Shown piece after piece: positions 8,320 through 17,676 of a stretch of DNA of 64,000 bases (within the stretch, counting starts at the first letter, position 1; every line of letters begins with the position of its first letter). Source of the DNA: an uncultured Clostridium sp. Its GTDB lineage: Bacteria; Bacillota; Clostridia; Lachnospirales; Lachnospiraceae. Location of the stretch: contig CALAAS010000003.1 in the NCBI GenBank assembly GCA_937885015.1, positions 295 to 64,294 on the forward strand, written 5' to 3'. The notes below the pieces were generated by a model, which was given only the letters and a program-made list of their open reading frames with translations, made no database searches and had not been told where the DNA came from. The translations under genes were made by a program, and so were the position numbers.

Positions 8320-11300
8320 TTAGTCGTTTCCGTACAGAGTTACCAGTTTGTTCAGATACTGATATCTCTCTTTTGCCTCTTCCTCATTTCTTGCAGCAAG
8401 GGCATTTGCTCTCTCCGGATTCTTGAGAGCCAGAGATGCGTAACGAACCTCGCCCTTTAAGAATGCCTGATAATCGCCGGTCGGAGCTTTGCTGTCCAGA
8501 ACGAACTTCTTCTCAGCTGCCGGATTGTACCGGAAGTTGTGCCAGTAACCGCACTCTACTGCCAGTTTTTCCTCAGTCTGAGCCTTGTCCATACCCTTCT
8601 TGATACCATGATTGATACACGGAGCGTATGCAATGATCAGGGACGGACCCGGATATGCCTCTGCCTCTGCGATTGCCTTCACTGTCTGTGCATAGTCAGC
8701 ACCCATGGAAATCTGTGCAACATACACATAACCGTAGCTCATGGCGATGGAAGCAAGATCTTTCTTCTTGGTATCCTTACCGCCTGCAGCGAACTGTGCT
8801 ACCGCACCGGTCGGGGTGGATTTGGAGGACTGGCCGCCGGTATTGGAATATACCTCTGTATCGTAAACCATGATGTTGATATCCTTACCGGATGCCAGTA
8901 CGTGGTCTACACCGCCAAAGCCGATATCGTATGCCCAGCCGTCTCCACCGAATACCCACTGGGATTTCTTGGCAAGGAAGTCTTTATTCTTAACAATCTC
9001 CTTGCAGTTCGGGCAGTCGATGCCATCGAGAGCCGCCACCAGCTTATCAGTTGCTGCGCCGTTTAACGCGCCGATTCCGAAGGTATCCAGCCACTCTTTG
9101 CAGGCTGCCTTTACCTCATCGCTGGCCTGATCTGCAGCCATAACAGCCTCAACCTTAGCCTTTAAGCCGTCACGGATTGCATTCTGAGCCAGAAGCATAC
9201 CATAGCCAAACTCTGCGTTATCCTCGAACAGGGAGTTATCCCATGCCGGTCCCTTACCAGCTTTGTTTACCGTGTAAGGTGTGGACGGTGAGGAGTTGCC
9301 CCAGATGGAAGAACATCCTGTTGCGTTGGAGATATACATACGGTCACCAAACAGCTGCGTAATCAGCTTTGCGTACGGAGTCTCGCCGCAGCCTGCGCAT
9401 GCGCCGGAGAACTCCAGCAGCGGCTGTTTGAACTGGCTGCCTTTAACCGTATTCTCTTTAAATTTATCGATCACATCCTGCTTGATCGGCAGTGTCTGAC
9501 CGTAGTCGAAGCCTTTCTGAGCCTCTACGTTCTTCTCCAGGCTTACCATGGTAAGAGCCTTCTCGCCCTTCTTGCCAGGACAAACATTTGCACAGGAACC
9601 GCATCCCGTACAGTCAAGTGCGGAGATGGTCATCGCAAACTTGTACTGCGGCATACCGGTCATGGGCAGAGTCTTCGTTCCCTCCGGTGCGCCTGCAGCC
9701 TCTTCCTCTGTCATGGCGATAGGACGGATAACGGCGTGCGGACATACGTAGGAACAGAAGTTACACTGGATACAGTTATCCGGATTCCATACCGGAACAT
9801 TTACTGCGATACCGCGTTTCTCATAAGCGGCAGATCCGGACGGAGTCGTACCGTCTACGTATTCCGTAAAAGCAGATACAGGCAGATTGTTTCCTTCCTG
9901 TGCATTTACAGCGGCCTGAACGGTGTTGACAAACTTCACAACATCTTCTCTTCCCTCGGTTGCCCGGGTCATGTCAAGGCCTTCATCCTCTGCCGTCTTC
10001 CAGCTGTCCGGAACCTGAATCTCTACCACGTTCTGAGCGCCGGCATCAATAGCAGCCCAGTTCTTCTTAACAACATCCTCGCCCTTGCGGCCGTAGGTTG
10101 CCTGAGCAGCCTTCTTCATCAGATCAATGGCTGTCTCTTCCGGAATGATGGCAGCCAGCTTGAAGAATGCGGACTGAAGAATCGTATTGATACGGGTCGG
10201 GCCCATACCGGTCTCGATACCAAGCTTCACACCGTCAATGGTGTAGAACTTAATAGCGTGGTCTGCGATAAATCTCTTTACCTGACCCGGTAAGTGCTGC
10301 TCCAGCTCTTCCTGGCTCCAGGGGCAGTTCAGCAGGAATGTACCGCCGTCAACCAGCTCCTGAACCATGTTGTACTTCCGGATATAGGCCGGGTTATGGC
10401 AGGCAACAAAGTTTGCCTTGTGAATCAGATAGGTGGACTTGATCGGCTTATGGCCGAAACGCAGGTGAGACATGGTCACACCGCCGGATTTTTTGGAGTC
10501 GTAATCAAAGTATGCCTGTGCATACATATCTGTGTTATCGCCGATAATCTTGATGGAGTTCTTGTTGGCTCCAACCGTACCGTCTGCGCCGAGACCCCAG
10601 AACTTACAGTTTACAGTTCCTTCCGGAGTCGTAACCAGCGGAGCGCCCAGCTCCAGAGACAGATTTGTAACATCGTCCACAATACCGATGGTAAACTGTT
10701 TCTTCTCTGTATTGTCATAAACGGCCACGATCTGTGCCGGTGTCGTATCCTTGGAACCAAGGCCGTAACGTCCCGTGAAGATCGGAGTCTGATCAAATTT
10801 CGTTCCCTTTAAGGCTGCAACTACATCCAGGTACAGCGGCTCGCCCAGAGCGCCCGGCTCTTTCGTACGATCCAATACGGAGATCTGCTTAACTGTATCC
10901 GGAATCGCATCTACCAGCGCGCTGGCTACGAACGGACGGTACAGACGTACCTTTACAACACCGACTTTTCTGCCCTGTGCTACCAGGTAGTCAATGGTCT
11001 CTTCGATGGTATCGTTGACAGAACCCATGGCAATGATTACGTGCTCTGCATCCGGAGCACCGTAGTAGTTGAACAGCTTGTAATCTGTACCGATCTTTTC
11101 ATTTACCTTGTCCATGTACTCCTGTACAATGGCCGGAAGAGCATCATAGTAGGGGTTGCATGCCTCTCTTACCTGGAAAAAGATATCCGGGTTCTGGGCA
11201 GAACCTCTCTGGCAGGGATGATTCGGGTTCAGGGCATTCTTTCTGAACGCATCGATGGCATCCATGTCGGCCATGTCCTTCAGATCCTCGTAATCCCAGG

Positions 11301-11853
11301 TCTCGATCTTCTGGATCTCATGGGAGGTACGGAATCCGTCAAAGAAGTTGATAATCGGAATCTTGCCCTTGATGGATGCCAGATGAGCAACCGGGGTCAG
11401 GTCCATAACTTCCTGTACGCTGGACTCGCAGAGCATCGCACAGCCGGTCTGGCGGCATGCATAAATATCAGAATGGTCTCCAAAGATGGATAACGCGTGG
11501 CTGGCCAGCGCACGAGCGGATACGTTGAATACGCCCGGAAGCTGCTCGCCTGCAATTTTATACAGGTTCGGGATCATCAGAAGAAGACCCTGAGAAGCTG
11601 TGTACGTAGTCGTCAGCGCACCGGCTGCCAGAGATCCGTGTACTGCACCGGCTGCACCTGCCTCCGACTGCATCTCCGTGATCTGAACCGTGTGGCCGAA
11701 AATGTTGGTTCTTCCGTCAGTTGCCCATTCGTCTGTGGCTTCCGCCATAGGAGAAGAAGGGGTAATCGGATAGATCGCCGCCACATCGGTGTATGCATAG
11801 GATGCATGTGCCGCTGCGTGGTTACCATCCATGGTTTTCATCTTTCTTGCCAT
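8320..11853 (-). CDS. nifJ: Pyruvate:ferredoxin (flavodoxin) oxidoreductase, single-chain
   Basis: 1177 aa. Two 4Fe-4S ferredoxin motifs (CIQCNFCSYVCP, CTGCGSCANVCP), TPP-binding GGDGWAYDIGFGG, and RBS AGGAGGAACATTCATT before the ATG. Confidence 0.97.
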   Translation of the reverse strand: MARKMKTMDGNHAAAHASYAYTDVAAIYPITPSSPMAEATDEWATDGRTNIFGHTVQITEMQSEAGAAGAVHGSLAAGALTTTYTASQGLLLMIPNLYKIAGEQLPGVFNVSARALASHALSIFGDHSDIYACRQTGCAMLCESSVQEVMDLTPVAHLASIKGKIPIINFFDGFRTSHEIQKIETWDYEDLKDMADMDAIDAFRKNALNPNHPCQRGSAQNPDIFFQVREACNPYYDALPAIVQEYMDKVNEKIGTDYKLFNYYGAPDAEHVIIAMGSVNDTIEETIDYLVAQGRKVGVVKVRLYRPFVASALVDAIPDTVKQISVLDRTKEPGALGEPLYLDVVAALKGTKFDQTPIFTGRYGLGSKDTTPAQIVAVYDNTEKKQFTIGIVDDVTNLSLELGAPLVTTPEGTVNCKFWGLGADGTVGANKNSIKIIGDNTDMYAQAYFDYDSKKSGGVTMSHLRFGHKPIKSTYLIHKANFVACHNPAYIRKYNMVQELVDGGTFLLNCPWSQEELEQHLPGQVKRFIADHAIKFYTIDGVKLGIETGMGPTRINTILQSAFFKLAAIIPEETAIDLMKKAAQATYGRKGEDVVKKNWAAIDAGAQNVVEIQVPDSWKTAEDEGLDMTRATEGREDVVKFVNTVQAAVNAQEGNNLPVSAFTEYVDGTTPSGSAAYEKRGIAVNVPVWNPDNCIQCNFCSYVCPHAVIRPIAMTEEEAAGAPEGTKTLPMTGMPQYKFAMTISALDCTGCGSCANVCPGKKGEKALTMVSLEKNVEAQKGFDYGQTLPIKQDVIDKFKENTVKGSQFKQPLLEFSGACAGCGETPYAKLITQLFGDRMYISNATGCSSIWGNSSPSTPYTVNKAGKGPAWDNSLFEDNAEFGYGMLLAQNAIRDGLKAKVEAVMAADQASDEVKAACKEWLDTFGIGALNGAATDKLVAALDGIDCPNCKEIVKNKDFLAKKSQWVFGGDGWAYDIGFGGVDHVLASGKDINIMVYDTEVYSNTGGQSSKSTPTGAVAQFAAGGKDTKKKDLASIAMSYGYVYVAQISMGADYAQTVKAIAEAEAYPGPSLIIAYAPCINHGIKKGMDKAQTEEKLAVECGYWHNFRYNPAAEKKFVLDSKAPTGDYQAFLKGEVRYASLALKNPERANALAARNEEEAKERYQYLNKLVTLYGND

Positions 11854-11921
11854 AATGAATGTTCCTCCTATTATAGTGAATGTATCAGTAACTTATCCCT
11901 TGCTGGAAATTACCTGATAAT

Positions 11922-11949
11922 ATTATAACAACTTTTTGTTAAAATGCAA
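11922..11949 (-). promoter_or_regulatory. Candidate sigma-A promoter for nifJ
   Basis: Minus strand: -35 TTGCAT (11944-11949), 16-nt spacer, -10 TATAAT (11922-11927), giving a 5-prime UTR of about 65 nt. Confidence 0.55.
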
Positions 11950-11979
11950 ACGAAATTGATTATCCAATGCGTACTATTT

Positions 11980-12019
11980 TCAAAACAATTCCCGGGATGC
12001 TTTCCGCATACCCGGGAAT
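11980..12019 (-). terminator. Rho-independent terminator of the VanW gene
   Basis: 9-bp stem ATTCCCGGG/CCCGGGAAT (11988-11996 pairs with 12011-12019), followed on the minus strand by TTGTTTTG. Confidence 0.65.
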
Positions 12020-12060
12020 CTCTTTCTTGTTTCAGTTGTTTTCCTCAGACAGCTTCTCGA

Positions 12061-14103
12061 TTATAGATCAGCCGGACCTCCGGGAACTACCGGATTGCCT
12101 GGCGAAATCTGTCCCTCCGCCGGGTTCACCGGCCCTGGCTGCTCCGGTGCCTCTGTGCCGGCCGCCTCTCCGCCTGGTGTGAATGCCCCTTCGCCTGACT
12201 GAGACGGGTCTGGAACTGCGCTTCCCGGCCCTGCCGTCTCCGCACCGCTTGCGCTCTCTGCCAGACTCTCAGCTGCTGACTCTCCGGCTGATTCTGATTC
12301 GCCTGCCGTTGTAACCACTACACCGGAAGTATTTCTCTTTATGATCGCCGCTTTCCCGCGATAACTGCTGTTATGGAAAAATTCGCGGCTGACCTCTTTG
12401 TCATTTTCATATGTAACGAGATCCGTGGTCCACCGGCTTCCCGGTGTGGCTGCCTTTGCCTCTACCTGCTGATCCGGCTGGAGCGTCTGATCTTCCTCAT
12501 AAACTGGAGCCGGCGGATCAATTTCGCTGGTCTTTTCCGACACCATGCGAATCTTCACACCGTCCTTCAAAATCGGAATCCCGTAAATGGAAATCGTCAG
12601 TTTTCGGTCAGAACTGCTAAAGCTGGCTTTTACAGCCACCGGATAATCCGAATTATTGACAAATTTAAAATCCGGTCCTCCGTAGCTGACTGCCGCATCT
12701 TCTCCAGGTGTCACATAAGATGGCTCATAACTGTGAGCATGGCGCTCCGTGCTCTTAAGTCCCGCAAATACAACGGCATTGTAGAGGGTGGAGGAAACCT
12801 GGCATACACCGCCACCTGGCTCCTGTACGATTTCTCCGTTTAAGTAGGCAGTAGCCGGTTTGTAACCCTTAGCCTCCGTTCTCTCTCCTGTTGTATTATT
12901 AAAAGAGAATTCCTGACCTGGATTGACAATCGTACCGTTTAACGCCTGCACGGCCAGACGGATATTTTCATTTCGGTTGCTGTTGGACGTAGTAGTCGTT
13001 GTGTAGGTACTGATGGTCTTATATTTTTCCCGCAGCTGATCTGCCGTCAAATCCGGGGATACCTCTTTGACCTCTGCCTCCAGCACGGCGTCATACTCCT
13101 CTTTCTGAACAGCAGCAACCATGGTGGCTGCCAGCGCATCCTGATCAATGACGCGTCCCGTTGTGCCGCTGGTAAATTCAAATTTTCCCGTTTCTTTATT
13201 ATATCCGGAGATACCGCCGTTCTTTGCCACCATGTTCCAGTTTCCCGCGATCAGAGCCGCCTCCGCCTTTGCTGCTTCCAAAAGATTATCTGTGGGAATG
13301 GAATAGGTTTCTCCAGGCTTCAGTTCACTGGCATAGAGTTCTTCCAAAAGCTGGTTTACATTGTCCTCCAGAAGATTTCCGACAGCCGCCTCTTTCTCCC
13401 CATACTTCACTTTCATGCTCCAGCCGTAGGCATCCAAAATCGCCTTCTTCGCCTCTTCCTGGGTCATCGCAGCAATGTCAACTCCGTTTACCATCACCTG
13501 TCCGGAAGCAGAAGATTCCAGACTGGAGGAAGCCTCTGTGCTGGCATCGGTACCGCCTCTGCGGCAGCTCTTTCCAATCAGTGCCGCGCATAGGATTACC
13601 ACCAGAACACCAATCACAATCAAAAGAATCTGAGTAATATCCAGATTTTTTCTTCTTTTATGGCGTCCACCACCGCGCTGGGAGGAATATCCACCGCGGA
13701 CGGAAGAACCACCGCGGCCAGAAGCACTGTTGTGACCGGAAACACCACTGTGGCCGGAGGTACCGCTGCGACTGGAAACACTGCTGCGGCCGGAAACACC
13801 ACTGTGGCCGGAGGCACCGTTTCGACTGGAAACGCTGCTGCGGCCGGAAGATGCAGCAGTCCGCCCGGAATAACGGGAGTCTGTACTCCGCCCGGATCCA
13901 CTGGAACCAACCCCGCTGCTTCTGCCCGAAGAGGTCCCCCTGGCCTCAGAACCTGTAGTTCTTCCGGATTCGCCGTATCCAGAGGTGGCACCGCGACCGG
14001 AAACCTTGTAACCGGAGATGGTACGTCCAGAATAGGGAACCCGTCCGGCTCCCCCGTATCCATTTCCCTCTCCGCGGGAGGGAGTTCTGTTGTAATCACT
14101 CAT
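12061..14103 (-). CDS. VanW-family cell-envelope protein with G5-like domain and low-complexity termini
   Basis: 680 aa. The N-terminal ~150 aa are Ser/Gly/Arg-rich, followed by one TM (ILLIVIGVLVVILCAALIG). VanW core GGGVCQVSSTLYNAVVFAGL..TERHAHS. A G5-like segment (PGSRWTTDLVTYENDKEV) and a Pro/Gly/Ala/Glu-rich tail. Confidence 0.8.
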   Translation of the reverse strand: MSDYNRTPSRGEGNGYGGAGRVPYSGRTISGYKVSGRGATSGYGESGRTTGSEARGTSSGRSSGVGSSGSGRSTDSRYSGRTAASSGRSSVSSRNGASGHSGVSGRSSVSSRSGTSGHSGVSGHNSASGRGGSSVRGGYSSQRGGGRHKRRKNLDITQILLIVIGVLVVILCAALIGKSCRRGGTDASTEASSSLESSASGQVMVNGVDIAAMTQEEAKKAILDAYGWSMKVKYGEKEAAVGNLLEDNVNQLLEELYASELKPGETYSIPTDNLLEAAKAEAALIAGNWNMVAKNGGISGYNKETGKFEFTSGTTGRVIDQDALAATMVAAVQKEEYDAVLEAEVKEVSPDLTADQLREKYKTISTYTTTTTSNSNRNENIRLAVQALNGTIVNPGQEFSFNNTTGERTEAKGYKPATAYLNGEIVQEPGGGVCQVSSTLYNAVVFAGLKSTERHAHSYEPSYVTPGEDAAVSYGGPDFKFVNNSDYPVAVKASFSSSDRKLTISIYGIPILKDGVKIRMVSEKTSEIDPPAPVYEEDQTLQPDQQVEAKAATPGSRWTTDLVTYENDKEVSREFFHNSSYRGKAAIIKRNTSGVVVTTAGESESAGESAAESLAESASGAETAGPGSAVPDPSQSGEGAFTPGGEAAGTEAPEQPGPVNPAEGQISPGNPVVPGGPADL
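13736..13850. repeat. 54-bp tandem repeat (about 2.1 copies) inside the VanW N-terminal region
   Basis: Units start at 13736, 13790 and (partial) 13844. They encode SGRSSVSSR(S/N)G(T/A)SGHSGV twice. Confidence 0.8.
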
Positions 14104-14310
14104 ACTATATCACCCATCTATATCATCACTCTAATAAAAACCGTTAAATCTCTGCTACAGTATAGCACAATTCCGGAAAAAAAAAATAACTAATTTCTTA
14201 AATTTAGAGCTCCTCCCCTCGAAGCTGCAAAATAAATTTCGCAAAAAGCCTCATCCTTTCTTGACTTTTCAGGAGCAGGAAGGTACCCTTCAAGAAAAGG
14301 AGGCGATACT

Positions 14311-15168
14311 ATGCCAAGCATTGACACTTTTATCGATTTACATGTTCACTCAACAGCTTCCGACGGCACTCTGACTCCGGCTGAAGTGACCGCCCTGGCA
14401 GAAAAGCAAAAACTTTCCGCCTATGCCCTCACCGATCACGATACAGTCTCCGGCATACGGGAAGCCCAACAGGCCGCCGGGCCAAACGGGCCGACAGTCA
14501 TCCCAGGTATTGAAATTTCCTGTCCCTGGGAAGGACTGGAAATTCACATCCTCGGCCTGTTTCTGGATCCGGAAAACCCGGCGCTTTTGGAGGCACTCGC
14601 TGCCCTTCGACAGGAGCGGGATAACCGAAATGAACAAATTCTCTCCCGCATGATACAGGATGGCATTTCTATTTGCCGGGAGGATCTGACGTTTGGCTCC
14701 CCGAATACCGTAATTACCCGCGCCCATTTTGCCCGTGCCATGATGCAGAAAGGTCTGGTTTCTTCCATGGAGCAGGCCTTTAACCGCTACCTTGGACGCG
14801 GAAAACCTTATTTCTTCCAGAAAAAAATGATGGAACCAAAAATGGCTATCCATCTGATCCGACAGGCCGGCGGATTCCCTGCCCTGGCCCACCCGGTGCA
14901 GTATAAGCTGGGATGGAAGAAGACAGAAGAACTGCTTTCAGTCCTAACCCAGATGGGACTCATGGGGGTGGAGGTTTATTATTCCTCCCACACCCAGAGC
15001 GACAGCCTCCGCCTCCGGGAAATCGGAAAACGTCTTGGCCTTCTCTCCACTGGAGGCTCTGATTTCCATGGCGCCAATAAACCGGATATTCAACTGGGTT
15101 TTGGTTATGGTGGCCTGCGCGTCTCCTCACTCTTACTGGAGGATATCCGAATCCGTCTGGGACGCTAA
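14311..15168 (+). CDS. PHP-domain phosphoesterase (TrpH/YciV-like)
   Basis: 285 aa. N-terminal IDLHVHSTASDGT motif, HILGLF, AHP and GGSDFHG metal-ligand motifs. RBS AAAGGAGGCGATACT before the ATG. Confidence 0.8.
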   Translation: MPSIDTFIDLHVHSTASDGTLTPAEVTALAEKQKLSAYALTDHDTVSGIREAQQAAGPNGPTVIPGIEISCPWEGLEIHILGLFLDPENPALLEALAALRQERDNRNEQILSRMIQDGISICREDLTFGSPNTVITRAHFARAMMQKGLVSSMEQAFNRYLGRGKPYFFQKKMMEPKMAIHLIRQAGGFPALAHPVQYKLGWKKTEELLSVLTQMGLMGVEVYYSSHTQSDSLRLREIGKRLGLLSTGGSDFHGANKPDIQLGFGYGGLRVSSLLLEDIRIRLGR

Positions 15169-17676
15169 TGCCCGAATACTCTCATATAATGCTTCCTCTG
15201 ACGCTTCTTTTGCCAGAACAGTCCGCATACCGGCTTTTCTGGCTTTTTCTTCTGTCCTGCTTCCAATACAGACTGCTATAAAATGGAAACGCGGCGCATC
15301 ACTGCTTTCTCCAAACCACCTCACAAATCCTTCCACCGTGGAAGCGCTGGTAAAGGTTACCGCGCTCAGCTGGCCGTCTTCTGCCAGCTGGCAGACCCGC
15401 TCTGAGAAAACAGAAGAAGGGGTATACTCTGTGTCGTAAAGAATTGCCTCCTTCCAACACACACCGTGGCGGGTCAGCGCCTCCGTGAGCTCTTTTGATC
15501 CCCGTCTTGCCCGCAGGATCAAAACTTTTTCTCCCGGCATAACCATATTTCCAAGTCCTTCACCCAATTCATTGCTGTAAAACCGTTCCGGCATATAGTC
15601 TGGATACAGTCCGCTTTTTTTCAGTCCCTCTGCCGTTCCAGAACCAATCACCGCAATCCGGATCCCTGCCAGTGAACGGATATCCCGATGGCCTTCTGCC
15701 ATCTTTTCCAGAAAAATACGGACTCCCGCCGGACTTGTAAATACCAGCCAGCCGTAAAACGAAAGACGATCCAGTTCTTTTTGAAGCCGCCTTCCCTCCC
15801 CGCTTTCCGGGGAAACGGGAGTGATCCGGACGGCAGGCAGCTCCAACACCTCTGCCCCCTCTGCCCGGAGCCTTGATGCCAGACGTTCCGACCTCTCTCT
15901 GGGGCGCGTAATCAAAATCCGCATTCCTGCCAGAGGACGTTTTTCTGCCCAGGAACAAACCGGCTCCAGACGGCATACATCTCCCACCAGCAGAATGGCC
16001 GGAGCCTGGATACCGGCTTTTCTTCCATCCTCCTCAAGACGCTCCAGAGTGGAAATCAGTTTTCTCTGATTCGCCAGAGTTCCGGACTCCAGAAATGCCG
16101 CCGGAGTCTCTGGATCCATTCCTGCCCGCAGAAGGCCGCTGCAGATTGTCCCAGCCTCCGCCACCCCCATCAGAAAACAAAGTGTGCCCCCCATCCGGAC
16201 CATGGCCTCATAATCAAAGCCCTCCGGCGTTCCATCCTGGCGATGGCCCGTTATAATATGAAAGGACGATGCCAGTCCCCGCTGGGTAATAGGAATACCG
16301 CAGTAGGCCGGTACTGCCACTGCAGAACTGACACCCGGAACAATCTCAAAAGGAATTTCATGTGCGTGAAGAACCTCTGCTTCTTCGCCTCCGCGCCCGA
16401 ACACAAGAGGATCTCCCCCCTTCAGGCGCACCACATTTCCGCCCCGGCGTCCCTCCTCCACCAGAATCCGGTTAATATCTTCCTGGCTCTTATAGTGAGA
16501 TCCGCTCCGCTTTCCCACGAAAATGGTTCTTGCCCCATCCGGAATCCAGCCCAGTACCGCATTGCCCAAAAGCGCATCATATACCACTGTATCCGCCTGG
16601 GCCAGAAGTTCTCTGGCCCGCAGTGTCATAAGTCCGGCATCTCCCGGCCCTGCTCCTACCAGATATACTTTTCCGGGTCGACGGATCGTCTTTCCGCCAC
16701 CGGAACTTAGATACACCGCCAGATCGCGGCCTATCTTTTCTGCCTTACCCGGATCCCCCTGCGCTGTCCCCACCCGACACGCTCCTGTTTTTTCGTCCCA
16801 GTAAAGACCGCGAATATGTAAAGTTTCTCCCTCACTCCATGAAATGGCAGCAGAAGGCGATGTACACCCCCCATTGACAGCAGACACAAAGCTGCGCTCC
16901 GCCATAGCCTGAACCTCGGCCCGCCTCTCAGAAAGATCCCGGACAAACTTCCATCCCGGATCCCGGCGTCCCTGTACAGCTAAAATCCCCTGCCCAGCCG
17001 CCGGAATCATCTCTTCCACAGAAAAAAAGCGGCTGATTCTGCTGGAAAGTCCCAGGCGTATCAACCCGGCTGCTGCCAAAATCAGGGCATCATACTCTCC
17101 AGAATCCAGCTTTCTAAGCCGTGTCTGCAGATTGCCCCGCACATTTTTAAATTGTGCAGTGGGAAACAGCAATTCCCCCTGCATCTTTCTCCGTCGGCTG
17201 GAGGTTCCAATCACCGGATCCGGTGGAAGCTCCGAAAGTCCGGCCCGCAGCACCAGCGCATCCCTGCAGTCCTCCCGCTCCAGATATGCCAGCACCGGAA
17301 GCTCCTCCCGGGTTTCCATAGGCATGTCTTTCAGAGAATGTACTGTCAAATCACACCGTCCCTCAAGCAGCGCGCGGTCCAACTCTTTCACAAATAGACC
17401 TTTTCCACCTGCCTGCTCCAGCGGCCTGTCCAAAATACGGTCTCCGGAAGTTTTCATGGTAAGCAGCCGGATATCTGCATCCGGCCTCCTGTTATGAAGC
17501 TGTTCTATGGCAATCTGTGCCTGGCAAACTGCCAGCTGGCTATCCCGGCTTGCCACCCGAATTTGGATGGCAGCCTGCCTTTCCTCTCCATGTGCACCTT
17601 TATTCTCCCGGGAATTTTCCTGTTTCTCCCGATTCCATTCCATTTTTTTATCCATCCCCTTTTGTCTCCTTCCCAT
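15133..17676 (-). CDS. Trifunctional fusion: hydroxymethylbilane synthase (HemC) + uroporphyrinogen-III C-methyltransferase (CobA/SUMT) + uroporphyrinogen-III synthase (HemD)
   Basis: HemC spans aa ~36-325 (IRVASRDSQLA, GGKGLFVKELD, TVHSLKDMP, cofactor Cys in NGGCTSP). SUMT spans aa ~335-575 (VYLVGAGPGDAGLMTLRA, RLKGGDPLVFGRGGEE). HemD spans aa ~583-847 (GMRILITRPRE...). The likely start is the Met at 17655, with GAAGGAGACAAAAGGGG upstream. Confidence 0.85.
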   Translation of the reverse strand: MGRRQKGMDKKMEWNREKQENSRENKGAHGEERQAAIQIRVASRDSQLAVCQAQIAIEQLHNRRPDADIRLLTMKTSGDRILDRPLEQAGGKGLFVKELDRALLEGRCDLTVHSLKDMPMETREELPVLAYLEREDCRDALVLRAGLSELPPDPVIGTSSRRRKMQGELLFPTAQFKNVRGNLQTRLRKLDSGEYDALILAAAGLIRLGLSSRISRFFSVEEMIPAAGQGILAVQGRRDPGWKFVRDLSERRAEVQAMAERSFVSAVNGGCTSPSAAISWSEGETLHIRGLYWDEKTGACRVGTAQGDPGKAEKIGRDLAVYLSSGGGKTIRRPGKVYLVGAGPGDAGLMTLRARELLAQADTVVYDALLGNAVLGWIPDGARTIFVGKRSGSHYKSQEDINRILVEEGRRGGNVVRLKGGDPLVFGRGGEEAEVLHAHEIPFEIVPGVSSAVAVPAYCGIPITQRGLASSFHIITGHRQDGTPEGFDYEAMVRMGGTLCFLMGVAEAGTICSGLLRAGMDPETPAAFLESGTLANQRKLISTLERLEEDGRKAGIQAPAILLVGDVCRLEPVCSWAEKRPLAGMRILITRPRERSERLASRLRAEGAEVLELPAVRITPVSPESGEGRRLQKELDRLSFYGWLVFTSPAGVRIFLEKMAEGHRDIRSLAGIRIAVIGSGTAEGLKKSGLYPDYMPERFYSNELGEGLGNMVMPGEKVLILRARRGSKELTEALTRHGVCWKEAILYDTEYTPSSVFSERVCQLAEDGQLSAVTFTSASTVEGFVRWFGESSDAPRFHFIAVCIGSRTEEKARKAGMRTVLAKEASEEALYESIRALASQTDSDILQ

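Noticed and set aside
13620-14193. 159-aa and 177-aa ORFs overlapping the 5-prime part of the VanW gene.
   Set aside because: They are by-products of the 54-bp tandem repeat and the low-complexity region, and have no independent start signals.
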